A DNA stretch of 64,000 nt from an uncultured virus (IMG/VR IMGVR_UViG_3300035181_002093) (lineage: Duplodnaviria > Heunggongvirae > Uroviricota > Caudoviricetes): IMG/VR virus record IMGVR_UViG_3300035181_002093, positions 62,001-126,000 of that record; one strand, 5' to 3'. The notes below the pieces were generated by a model. The model saw nothing but the letters and a program-made list of their open reading frames with translations, did not search any database and was not told the origin of the DNA. Below, in pieces: positions 43,918 to 52,789 of the stretch; position 1 is the stretch's first letter; every line of letters starts with the position of its first letter. Position numbers and translations under genes: made by a program.

Positions 43918-45336
43918 GTGAAGGACCCTCTACGCGCACGACGCGGTGCTGCCAATCTCGGCGCCGCAGGTCTCGGGCGCACGGGTAAGGGGAATTGGGA
44001 GCTGGGCGTCGTCGTCGCATACAACTCCGCAACGCACACGTCGATCGTGCGGACGCACAGCGGACGCCCGCTTCAAGACGTCCCTCAGATCAAGTCGACT
44101 GCCACGGGCTTCGACCACATCCCGACGGGCACGACCGTCGTGATCTCCTACGACTTGGGCATTCCCGCGATCGTTGGCTGCATGGACTTTCCAAGTCCGT
44201 CGCAACCGTCGGTTCAGGCACCGACGTTGACGGGCGTCGAAGGCGTGGGTGATGCCGATCCCACGCAGCTGACACAGGGCACCAACAACTTCAAGCCGCC
44301 CAACGCGCCCACCGACATGGGAGCCGGTGATTGGGCCCAGGTGGGCACCCTGGGGAACCACGTCGCCGTGCTCGAGGGCGGGGTTACCTTGATGGGTAGC
44401 CCGAGCGCTCACGTGCAGTCGATTGGACCTTCTGGAACGCTGCGAACGATCGCACGCCGCATCCAGCAATTCTCAGACTTCGGGCAGATGCGCATCGAGA
44501 ACGACCAAGGGCGGACGTCGTTCGTGCTTCGCGCAGGTTCCAACCAGGCGACCCAGTCCGGGATGGACGAACAGCACTGGACGATCCGCTTGGACCTCGG
44601 CGCGACAGGTGATGTGTTGGATTTTCGAATCCTCGAGCCCGAGGGCAAGCTCTTGTTCCGGCTCCATGCCGGCTCGGATGGGCGCGTGCAGATCTATGGG
44701 GATGGTGGCGTTGACCTGTCGTCTGGCGACAAGGGAACGTCCGAGATGCGGCACGATGTTGCAGGGTCGAGGACCGCCACCGTCGGCGGAGACGAGACGC
44801 ACGTCGTGGGCGGGAGCATGTCGTCCTCGATCGGGGCATCAGCAACCACCACGGTCAGCACCGACGAGACGCGATCGGTGGGGCGCAATTCGACCGCGTT
44901 CGTCGGGGGCGACCGCGATGTCGGCGTGAGCGGTGCTGAAACGCAAGCGATCGCAGGCAACCGTGGCGTTCAAGTCGGCGGAGACGACACTGTCGACGTT
45001 AGCGGAAGTTCTACGTCCAAGGCAGGCAGCATCTACACGGTCGACGGCGGCACCGCAGTGAAGCTAGGCGCCAACGCGGTCGAGCCAGTGATCAAGGGCA
45101 CCGCGTACGGAAGTACGGTGATGTCGCCTCTCGGAGCCGCCGGCGCTGCTGCAGAAACGATTGCAGCGACCGCCCTCGTGACGATCGCCCCGGACGCGTT
45201 TATCGGGTCACCAACCGCGCTCACCCTCACCGCAGTGACGCAGCTTGCAGGCGGGCTTGCCGCTCTTGGCGCCCAGCTGTCTGCGATCGCGGCGGCATAC
45301 CCAGGAACTCTCTCCACCAAGGTACGCACCGAGTAA
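43918..45336 (+). CDS. Baseplate central spike (gp5/gpV/VgrG-like)
   Basis: N-terminal OB-fold-like region; beta-helix repeats VGGDETHVVGG, VGGDRDVGVSG, VGGDDTVDVSG. Confidence 0.75.
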   Translation: MKDPLRARRGAANLGAAGLGRTGKGNWELGVVVAYNSATHTSIVRTHSGRPLQDVPQIKSTATGFDHIPTGTTVVISYDLGIPAIVGCMDFPSPSQPSVQAPTLTGVEGVGDADPTQLTQGTNNFKPPNAPTDMGAGDWAQVGTLGNHVAVLEGGVTLMGSPSAHVQSIGPSGTLRTIARRIQQFSDFGQMRIENDQGRTSFVLRAGSNQATQSGMDEQHWTIRLDLGATGDVLDFRILEPEGKLLFRLHAGSDGRVQIYGDGGVDLSSGDKGTSEMRHDVAGSRTATVGGDETHVVGGSMSSSIGASATTTVSTDETRSVGRNSTAFVGGDRDVGVSGAETQAIAGNRGVQVGGDDTVDVSGSSTSKAGSIYTVDGGTAVKLGANAVEPVIKGTAYGSTVMSPLGAAGAAAETIAATALVTIAPDAFIGSPTALTLTAVTQLAGGLAALGAQLSAIAAAYPGTLSTKVRTE

Positions 45337-45338
45337 CT

Positions 45339-45497
45339 ATGGTGGATGACCTCCGGTGGAGTGGTACGCCTGCGCTAGGCGCTATCTTGGCAAAGATGGC
45401 TGAGTTGTATGCACGTGCAGTTCGCGTCGACCTAGAGAGGCGTCGACAGAACGCAGAGCGTGTGTTGGCGATGTTCAACAAGAGCGTGCCCAAATGA
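45339..45497 (+). CDS. Small hypothetical protein (52 aa, not in ORF track)
   Basis: Fills the gap exactly; ATGA overlap with the next gene. Confidence 0.5.
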   Translation: MVDDLRWSGTPALGAILAKMAELYARAVRVDLERRRQNAERVLAMFNKSVPK

Positions 45498-47236
45498 CCT
45501 GGACCGCGGTCAACCCGAACCAGCTGATACCCAGCAACATGGTGACTGCGATCACCGCTATGGGTGACGTGCTCGCGGGTGCGTTGAGCATCGACAACCC
45601 CCTGACGGGGCTTCCACCATTGCCTTCAATAGGTATTGGACCGGATGCAGTGCTTCTGGTGGTCAACGCGATTCTTGATACCTTGACCGGCATCTTGAAA
45701 GCGGGACGTATCCACACGCTCGCGATTCCGATCGTCAAGACAGTTCCAAACCAACCCCCACCGGCGTTGCCGCCGACTCTGCGCGATCTTCAGGCAGGGT
45801 TGAACGCGGCGCTTGGACCGCCGACGACGGCGGCAGCAGACGCCTATACAAAGATGATTGTTCGTACAGGCGGGAATGCAGGGTTTTACAAAGCGTTTGC
45901 AACGGCAACGAACAACCCCCAGGACCCCAACCGTCCGCAATACGACAACAAGAAAGACGCTGTCGTCATGGCGGTGCTGCTTGTGGGGGCTCCGCGGTTC
46001 TCCTCGATTGCTTCGGCAGCGAGGACGCTCGACATCCTGACACGCCCCTCGGGCGACAACAGTTACATCGCCCGCACGATCCCTATCCCGCAGAACCTGA
46101 TTGCAAAGGTAGTCGGGTCTTCGACCGCGCCTGGTATCGGTGTCCGTCTCGACTGGGACGCCCCAAGCCCAGTCAATACGCTGCGTTATTTCCCCGGCGT
46201 ATCAATCGTCGTCAATCGATACGCGGTGATTCGAACGACAGACGCGAAAGCAGCACAAGCACGCACGGTCCTCGACCTATTTACTACCGCGACACTGTCC
46301 GAAGGTCTAACGTCCGGGAAAAACAAGGTTGTCAAAATCGGGTCAGGTAAGAACACCGCGTATCTAGACACGGACGACGGCATCGATCGGTCAGTGCCCG
46401 TCTACTACTTCATCGCATGGGAATGCTCCGTTCAAGAGCATGGTGAGACCGTCACACTTCCTTTCGACCGCTTGTCAAACGTGTCCAAGATTGCGGTCAA
46501 AGCTCCGACGCCGCCACAGACGGGAAGTTCTCCCAGCTGGAAGGCGACAGACGCCGCGATTGACGCATTCCCCGCGTTGAGCGATGCCGCACAACGTTTC
46601 CTTGCAGAAGCGAACGTCTTACTCAAACCGTCGGCACACTCGGCTTCACGCATCGGCGATGCCGTCAAACTGGCACAAGGTGCAGCCACACGGCTTGCTG
46701 CCAGGTCTACCGAACTGATCAACGACATCAAGCGCCTGTCGGCGGCGTTGTCAGCACCTATCCCAAGCCTCTACGTCACACAGATGTCGAGCGAAAAGGG
46801 TGGAACGGCGTTCTTGCTTGCGGAGCTGGCCAAGCGTTTGGGCGATACGACAGACGAAACGCGGCCACCGTTTGACAATGGTGAGTACGTATGCGGCGTG
46901 TGCTTTGTTGCAGGGGCTCCGCGTCTCGCGGACCTTGCCAAGGTGATCACCTTCTTCAATGCAATCTTCGGGACGGCAACCGCCGCGAATCCGTTACTGG
47001 GCCTCCTCGCTTCGATCGACACCTTGGTGACCCAAGCGGAGACGGTCGTCTTCCAGCCCAACATGACGCCATTCCCGTCGGGCACTGACCTTACCAGCGT
47101 CGACCCCGCGACCGGGAAACCCGTCGTCCCGACGACGCCTGCAATTGCTGCAGATGGAACGCCCGTGGCGACGCTCGACGCAGCAAACCCGAACGCGGGC
47201 GACACGAACGTCACGCCCACCTCGGAACTCTGCTGA
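45494..47236 (+). CDS. Putative baseplate/tail-associated protein
   Basis: 580 aa after the spike gene; FN3-like PQNLIAKVV...VRLDWDAP. Confidence 0.55.
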   Translation: MTWTAVNPNQLIPSNMVTAITAMGDVLAGALSIDNPLTGLPPLPSIGIGPDAVLLVVNAILDTLTGILKAGRIHTLAIPIVKTVPNQPPPALPPTLRDLQAGLNAALGPPTTAAADAYTKMIVRTGGNAGFYKAFATATNNPQDPNRPQYDNKKDAVVMAVLLVGAPRFSSIASAARTLDILTRPSGDNSYIARTIPIPQNLIAKVVGSSTAPGIGVRLDWDAPSPVNTLRYFPGVSIVVNRYAVIRTTDAKAAQARTVLDLFTTATLSEGLTSGKNKVVKIGSGKNTAYLDTDDGIDRSVPVYYFIAWECSVQEHGETVTLPFDRLSNVSKIAVKAPTPPQTGSSPSWKATDAAIDAFPALSDAAQRFLAEANVLLKPSAHSASRIGDAVKLAQGAATRLAARSTELINDIKRLSAALSAPIPSLYVTQMSSEKGGTAFLLAELAKRLGDTTDETRPPFDNGEYVCGVCFVAGAPRLADLAKVITFFNAIFGTATAANPLLGLLASIDTLVTQAETVVFQPNMTPFPSGTDLTSVDPATGKPVVPTTPAIAADGTPVATLDAANPNAGDTNVTPTSELC

Positions 47237-47244
47237 CCTCCGAC

Positions 47245-47273
47245 TTGTTTATCGGGTAAGCGACGCCTATCAT
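47245..47273 (+). promoter_or_regulatory. Putative promoter TTGTTT-17-TATCAT
   Basis: Intergenic, 5 nt before GTG 47279. Confidence 0.6.
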
Positions 47274-47278
47274 TCCGC

Positions 47279-47542
47279 GTGCCCAAAATCCGGGAGTACT
47301 CGTGCGACTGCGGGAATCGCTTCGAGTACATGCACATGACCGACGAGGATTTGGCAAAATGCCCCTCGTGCGGAGAACCTGTCACCAGCGCGGACGAGCT
47401 GCTGGGTGGCCACTCGTGCACGACGATCGTGCCTATGTCGCGCACCTCACTGAAGAACAAGGCAGGATACGTTCACACACACGCTGACCGTCCAGCCGAG
47501 AAGGGCTCGGTCTCGGTGCCACGCAACAAGGGAGATATCTGA
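47279..47542 (+). CDS. FmdB-family zinc-ribbon protein
   Basis: MP..EYSCDCGNRFE...CPSCG. Confidence 0.75.
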   Translation: MPKIREYSCDCGNRFEYMHMTDEDLAKCPSCGEPVTSADELLGGHSCTTIVPMSRTSLKNKAGYVHTHADRPAEKGSVSVPRNKGDI

Positions 47543-47826
47543 TGGTGACTGCACTCAAAGATCTGCTCGCGTCGAAGAAGTTCCTCGTCCTACTGGCTGC
47601 GATCATCGTCGCGATCGCCAGCAAGCTGGGGCTCAACCTCGACCCCGACATGTTGACCCAGATCATCGCTCTCGCGGGCGCCTACATCGTGGGTCAGGGA
47701 ATCGCCGATCATGGCAAAGAAGCCGCCAAGATCAACGCGGCAGCAAACGACAACGCTGCTCCGGCCGCTCCGGCCGCTCCGGCCGCTCCGGCTGCTCCGG
47801 GCGCTGCAACCACAGTCGCGGTCTGA
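47542..47826 (+). CDS. Holin-like two-TM protein
   Basis: SKKFLVLLAAII...AYIVGQGIADHG; PAA-repeat tail. Confidence 0.7.
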   Translation: MVTALKDLLASKKFLVLLAAIIVAIASKLGLNLDPDMLTQIIALAGAYIVGQGIADHGKEAAKINAAANDNAAPAAPAAPAAPAAPGAATTVAV

Positions 47827-47837
47827 AGGAGTCCGTC

Positions 47838-48287
47838 ATGAACAAAATCTTCGTCATCGCTCTCACGTTCTTCATCGCGACGTCCTCTGGCTGCGGTGCC
47901 GCCCAGGACTGCAAGAAGCCCGAGAACATGAACTCGGTAACGTGCACCGCGCTCAACAGCGTCATCGACTGCACCAAGGGCGAGCTGCCCGCCGTGATCA
48001 TGCAGTTCGGTCCTGTGGTCAGCCAGCTCATCGACGAGGCAACGGGCGCCGACGGTACGGTCGACTGGGCACACGTCGAGAAGATGCTCGGCTCGCTCGG
48101 CGCCGCGTATGGCACGTGCGTGCTCGGCACCATCATCCAGAACTACATGGCGTCGCCGCCGAAGCTCTCGCCGGGTGAAGTGAAGCCGTCGGTGGCTGCA
48201 CTCAAGGACGGCCTGAACCACACGCGCGCGACCCTGTGGAAGCTCGACCCGAAGGTGAAGATCCACACCGCCAAGGGGGACCTGTGA
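47838..48287 (+). CDS. Predicted lipoprotein
   Basis: Signal peptide ending SSGC (lipobox-like); several Cys. Confidence 0.6.
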   Translation: MNKIFVIALTFFIATSSGCGAAQDCKKPENMNSVTCTALNSVIDCTKGELPAVIMQFGPVVSQLIDEATGADGTVDWAHVEKMLGSLGAAYGTCVLGTIIQNYMASPPKLSPGEVKPSVAALKDGLNHTRATLWKLDPKVKIHTAKGDL

Positions 48288-49069
48288 GCACCACCCAGAT
48301 CGCCGGCGTCACCCGCAAGCTCAACTGGAAGCGTCAGCCGTCCGATCCGCGCGACCTCGTGCTCGTGCACAGTCCTGCGTTGATGGCGGCGCTACCGCCA
48401 CACGCGACCACACGCACGCGCGCAGAGCCGCCGATCCGTGATCAGGGCCAGCTCGGTAGCTGCACGCAGAACGCCGGCGCCGAGGCCATGGGCTTCGCGT
48501 ACATGGTCGCGACGGGCAAGCCTGACCCGATGTTCTCGCGCCTGTTCGGCTACTACCGTACACGTGTGAACATCGAGGGCAACCCGCCGTCCGAGGACAG
48601 CGGCTGCAACGTGCGTGACGTGTTCCGTGCGTACCGCCGGTTCGGCATCTGCCTCGAGCAGACGTGGCCGTATGACGTCTCGAAGTTCGAGATCGAGCCC
48701 AACGCCTCGGCCGTTGCCGAGGCGCTCAATCACCAGGCGCTCAAGTTCTACGCGTGCATGACCCTGCACGCGATCAAAAAAAGCATCGCGGATGGCTGGC
48801 CCGTCATCTTCGGCTTCGACTGCTTCGACTCGCTCGACAGCGAGGAGACCGCGCGCACCGGCGTCATCCCGCTGCCGAAGTACGGCGAGGGGTCCATCGG
48901 CGGCCACTGCATGATGTTCGACAGCTACGACGACGCAACCCAGCTGTTCTCGGGTCCCAACTCGTGGGGCACGGGCTGGGGAGACCACGGGCGCTTCCAC
49001 CTGCCGTACGGGTACTGGGAGCAGGGATACGCCTCGGACGCGCACACGCTTCGCCAAGAAGAGATCTGA
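48284..49069 (+). CDS. Papain-like cysteine peptidase (C1 family)
   Basis: RDQGQLGSCT, GGHCM, NSWGTGWGDHG catalytic motifs. Confidence 0.92.
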   Translation: MSTTQIAGVTRKLNWKRQPSDPRDLVLVHSPALMAALPPHATTRTRAEPPIRDQGQLGSCTQNAGAEAMGFAYMVATGKPDPMFSRLFGYYRTRVNIEGNPPSEDSGCNVRDVFRAYRRFGICLEQTWPYDVSKFEIEPNASAVAEALNHQALKFYACMTLHAIKKSIADGWPVIFGFDCFDSLDSEETARTGVIPLPKYGEGSIGGHCMMFDSYDDATQLFSGPNSWGTGWGDHGRFHLPYGYWEQGYASDAHTLRQEEI

Positions 49070-49081
49070 CGCGTAACCGCC

Positions 49082-49087
49082 TATAAT
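49082..49087 (+). promoter_or_regulatory. Putative late promoter -10 (CGCCTATAAT)
   Basis: 6 nt upstream of ATG 49094. Confidence 0.6.
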
Positions 49088-49093
49088 TAGGCC

Positions 49094-49459
49094 ATGGCGC
49101 AGAACCTGACCGTCGCTGGTGCGGCCGCGATCCCTCTCGAGGACGGGGGTGCCACTGCACCTATCAACCTGGCGGTCGCGCTCGGTTTCACGTCGCGTGT
49201 GGACTTCCAGCGGTCCTACTCAGGCGCCGTCACCGACGACGTCGTCAACTTCGGCACGCTCGCGCTCGCGGGCGCCAAAGGCCTCATCGTGAAGTGCACC
49301 GCCGGTGGCTGCACGATCAAGTTCAACGGCGGCCTCGACGCGTGGCCCCTCGCGCCAGGAGGCTACTTCATCTGGATCAACACCGCGCAGGCGTTCCCGA
49401 CCGCGGCGTTGATCACGACCACGGGCGCAGCCGCGGTCCTCTTCATCGCGGTGGGATGA
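49094..49459 (+). CDS. Putative virion structural protein
   Basis: 121 aa, beta-rich. Confidence 0.6.
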   Translation: MAQNLTVAGAAAIPLEDGGATAPINLAVALGFTSRVDFQRSYSGAVTDDVVNFGTLALAGAKGLIVKCTAGGCTIKFNGGLDAWPLAPGGYFIWINTAQAFPTAALITTTGAAAVLFIAVG

Positions 49460-49462
49460 CCC

Positions 49463-49936
49463 GTGCTGCGCACGGCGTTCCAACGCGGCCGTGAAGGCGC
49501 ACTTGCACGCTTCGGCGTGAAGGTTGCAGCGGTTCCGCTCGCACGTCCGATGCCTGCCGCCAAGGGCCTCGCAACGCCTCATGCGGCACCTACAGCGGCA
49601 CCCTACACACCGTCAGGCCCGCCGGGCCATGCAGACACGGTGCAGCAGTTCGCCGCGCGCGATAAGCAGCACGCGATGGAGATGCGCGAACCGCTGATGG
49701 CGGACGTTCACAACATGGCAGCACAGCACATGGCACAGCCGAGCCCCGCAGTCCCGACGCCTGCGCCTGCTGCAGGCCCCTCAGGGATGCAGCGCTTCAT
49801 GCGTCCGGTGAAACGCGGCCTCGGGCTTGCTGCACTCGGAGCAGGCGGCGCGCTTGCCTACGGCCTCCATCAACAGAACCAAGAAGACCGCGACAAGCGG
49901 TCGCTCGTGTACGCACCGTTGCAGGGGGCTTACTGA
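49463..49936 (+). CDS. Protein with shared N-terminal motif and C-terminal hydrophobic helix
   Basis: AFQRGREGALARFGVKVAA; GLGLAALGAGGALAYGL. Confidence 0.7.
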   Translation: MLRTAFQRGREGALARFGVKVAAVPLARPMPAAKGLATPHAAPTAAPYTPSGPPGHADTVQQFAARDKQHAMEMREPLMADVHNMAAQHMAQPSPAVPTPAPAAGPSGMQRFMRPVKRGLGLAALGAGGALAYGLHQQNQEDRDKRSLVYAPLQGAY

Positions 49937-50250
49937 TGACACTCAAGCAGGCGTACACGAAGGGTCGGCGCGACGCGTTCAAGAAGTTCGCACTCGGGCC
50001 ACCGACGCAGGTCGATCAGTTCGTCGCGAGCGTCGAGCACGGCAAGGACGTTCCACCCGAAGCGGGCATGCCTCCGATGTCTCACGTGCCAGGGGGCACG
50101 CTACCTGCGCTCGACGGCACCGTCCCGCTCGACATGTCGACGTCGCCGCCGACGCCCCCGGGTCTCGGGTCCACGGTTGGAACACCGCCCGCGCTCGCAG
50201 GAGATCCCGCCATGCAGCCACCGCCCTCGATGGGCGCCTTGGGCGGGTGA
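49936..50250 (+). CDS. Small Pro-rich protein with shared N-terminal motif
   Basis: AYTKGRRDAFKKFALG. Confidence 0.7.
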   Translation: MTLKQAYTKGRRDAFKKFALGPPTQVDQFVASVEHGKDVPPEAGMPPMSHVPGGTLPALDGTVPLDMSTSPPTPPGLGSTVGTPPALAGDPAMQPPPSMGALGG

Positions 50251-50253
50251 CCT

Positions 50254-52554
50254 GTGGGTTCCGGCTGGGTCAAGTTCGCGATCCTTGGCAGCACGTACGC
50301 GCGTGCGCTGCAGAACCGCGCCGTGCGCACACACGGTGCCGAGAACGTCAACCCATCGACGTTCGCCGCGACTGCGGCGCAGCCCCAAGCGCGCTTCGAC
50401 ACAGACCTCTCGTCGTACGCACGACAGCGTGGTGCGCTTGTGCCGACGCAGCAGAGCCGTGCGATGTCCGGGCTCGCACATGATCTGCCGTGGCAGGGCG
50501 AGGAGCACCAGGCTCCCGTGAGCGCGTACGGTGCCGCGAACAAGATGCTCGAGGCGCGCGGGCTCTCACACAACGCGCGCCCGCCAGAAACGACGTCACA
50601 CCAACGAATCGAACAGGCGTTCGGCAAACCAACCGAGGCGAGTGGTGGCACGGAAGTCGGGCGCGCACGTTTGAACGCGCGCCCACAAGGTCCGAACCCG
50701 CTGCAACACCTCGACCAGTGGCAGCACGAGAACCCAGACAAGCCGCGCAACTGGATGCCGCCCGCCGGGGGCGCTGCGGTTCAACCCGCACAACAACAAC
50801 AACAGACGCACGCGCAGACGCAGGTGGGCTCGATGAGCGGCTGGAAGCCTCAGGCAACCACGAGTCCGATCACGACGACACGTCCTGCGGGGTCACCTTC
50901 GACAACGCAGCTCCTGCGAGACATGCGCGCCGAGCACGCGCCCGCGATGGCGGCGCCAGGCGGCGCCTCGACCGCCGTGTTGACCAAGCGGCCAGCGCCG
51001 AACATGGCGACGCAAGTCCTCAAGGCAGGCGCCGCTCGATTCAAGATCGCAAACCCTGCGTCTCTCATGACAAGCATCGGGCTTCCGCTTGCCGTGGGCG
51101 GAAGCATGTTGCTCAACAAGCCCGGCATCAAAGCGGACATCGCAGATCGTCTACACGGGCAAGGCGACATTCATCAAAAGGACGTCGCACAGGCGATCCC
51201 CGAAGAGCTGCAGGGCACTGCAGCACGCGCTGCACAAGCGCTCGCGGAACGTGGCATCGACCCCAAGGCTATGCGTTTCGCGGTCGACGCACCGTCGGGG
51301 GCAGGCAAGACCGTCTTGTCGAAGGCGTTGGCGCAGCAGATGGGGTTGCAGCACCACGGACTCGACTGGCGTCCGCACCTGCGTCTCCACCAGTTGATGG
51401 GCGGTGGAGACATCGAGAAGATGCCGTACACCCCGCATGCGGGCGAAGTCCTCGAGCACCAGCAACTCTTGCGCAGCTACGACCCGGAGATGTTCGACGT
51501 CGCGCTTCACATCCACAAGGATCCGAACACCATCAAGCAGCAGGTGCTCAAGCGGGGACGTGGGGCACGGACCGCAGACCTCCTCGACTACGACAAGTCG
51601 ATCGACGTCGGTCGCAAGGCGTTCGAGACGCTCGGTGGAGAGCCGATCGATCTGGGCGGCGGCATCATCATGAAGGTTCGTCCGCAAGAGGGCTGGGGCA
51701 ACCAGCTCGAGCAGCGACTGGCCCAGCAGGGCATCGACGCCACGGGCCTCACACGGCACCAGAAGCTGCTCTCGCTGCACAGCGGCAAGCGCGAAGAACA
51801 TGGCGCGGGCTGGACGCCGTACATAAAGAACCCGTTCTCGGGCGCGGAAACGTCTGCGCTGGGATCGACGGGACCATTGGGCGCGTCGATCGCGGGGATG
51901 CTTGGAAAACAAGCAAGCCGACGAAGCGATGAACGGGAGGCGCGTCATACCGCGATCGCAGGAGGTGCTGCAGTGGGTGGGCACCTATTGAAGGGACTGA
52001 TGCATCGCGCCACTGATGCGCTCGTTACCAAAGAACGCACGCCAAAAAATCTAGAAAACACAGTTCAGACATTTGCAAAGAGAATGCTGCCAGCAGACGC
52101 TGAAAACGATCTGAACGTGTATGTTGGGCCGCATCTGGATGAGGGTGCTGGAAAGCGCCTTCTTAACCTAAAACCAACAAGTTCAGATGCGGCTGTTGCG
52201 CATGAGTTGGGGCACGTTTCGAACTACGAATCCCCGTTGACCAAGTGGAGACCGTCGACAGTTCCATTGGACAACGTTCTCCCTTACACAGGCATGGGTG
52301 CAACTGGGTATGGCATTATGGCAAAACACCCAAGCTATGCTCCTGCGCTTGCACATCTCGCTGTGTCATCGCCGAGGCTTCTAGACGAGGGCCTAGCGAG
52401 TCTACGTGCGTCAAAGCACCTAATCAGTGAACACGGCGTGCGCGGTTTGGGACAAGCCCTATCGTTGGCATTTCCGTTTGGAACGTATGCACTTCCTGCT
52501 GCAATGCCGCTGGGCATAACCGCACTCAAACGGCACCTCGACGATAACGACTAA
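50254..52554 (+). CDS. Modular protein: disordered region, P-loop kinase-like domain and zincin metallopeptidase
   Basis: FAVDAPSGAGKT; VAHELGH...LLDEGLAS; modules start after FKIA and GKQA. Confidence 0.75.
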   Translation: MGSGWVKFAILGSTYARALQNRAVRTHGAENVNPSTFAATAAQPQARFDTDLSSYARQRGALVPTQQSRAMSGLAHDLPWQGEEHQAPVSAYGAANKMLEARGLSHNARPPETTSHQRIEQAFGKPTEASGGTEVGRARLNARPQGPNPLQHLDQWQHENPDKPRNWMPPAGGAAVQPAQQQQQTHAQTQVGSMSGWKPQATTSPITTTRPAGSPSTTQLLRDMRAEHAPAMAAPGGASTAVLTKRPAPNMATQVLKAGAARFKIANPASLMTSIGLPLAVGGSMLLNKPGIKADIADRLHGQGDIHQKDVAQAIPEELQGTAARAAQALAERGIDPKAMRFAVDAPSGAGKTVLSKALAQQMGLQHHGLDWRPHLRLHQLMGGGDIEKMPYTPHAGEVLEHQQLLRSYDPEMFDVALHIHKDPNTIKQQVLKRGRGARTADLLDYDKSIDVGRKAFETLGGEPIDLGGGIIMKVRPQEGWGNQLEQRLAQQGIDATGLTRHQKLLSLHSGKREEHGAGWTPYIKNPFSGAETSALGSTGPLGASIAGMLGKQASRRSDEREARHTAIAGGAAVGGHLLKGLMHRATDALVTKERTPKNLENTVQTFAKRMLPADAENDLNVYVGPHLDEGAGKRLLNLKPTSSDAAVAHELGHVSNYESPLTKWRPSTVPLDNVLPYTGMGATGYGIMAKHPSYAPALAHLAVSSPRLLDEGLASLRASKHLISEHGVRGLGQALSLAFPFGTYALPAAMPLGITALKRHLDDND

Positions 52555-52775
52555 GGCTTGTCGTCGACGATCGCCACGAGGTCGTCCGCCTCGAGCGTCT
52601 GCCCACACGCGGCCAGCCACGTAACCTCGCCATCGACAGGAGTCTCCACTGGAAACTCCGTCTTCATGACCTCGCAGATGAGCAACGTGGTGCCCGCGAC
52701 AACACGCTGACCTACGCCCACCGAGTGTGTCCACACGCTGCCCCCGACAGGGGACCGGATCGAATGCTTGGCCAT
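52551..52775 (-). CDS. Biotinyl/lipoyl carrier domain protein
   Basis: IRSPVGGSVW...VGQRV..G..LLICEVMKTEFPVETPVDGEV; EAMKM-like lysine. Confidence 0.85.
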   Translation of the reverse strand: MAKHSIRSPVGGSVWTHSVGVGQRVVAGTTLLICEVMKTEFPVETPVDGEVTWLAACGQTLEADDLVAIVDDKP

Positions 52776-52789
52776 GTTTACTAGATAAA

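Noticed and set aside
37972..45336. Tailocin, eCIS or T6SS locus
   Set aside because: Portal, prohead protease and major capsid candidates in the same block indicate a complete phage.
47755..47800. 9-bp GCTCCGGCC repeat as a regulatory element
   Set aside because: It encodes the PAA low-complexity tail of the holin-like protein.
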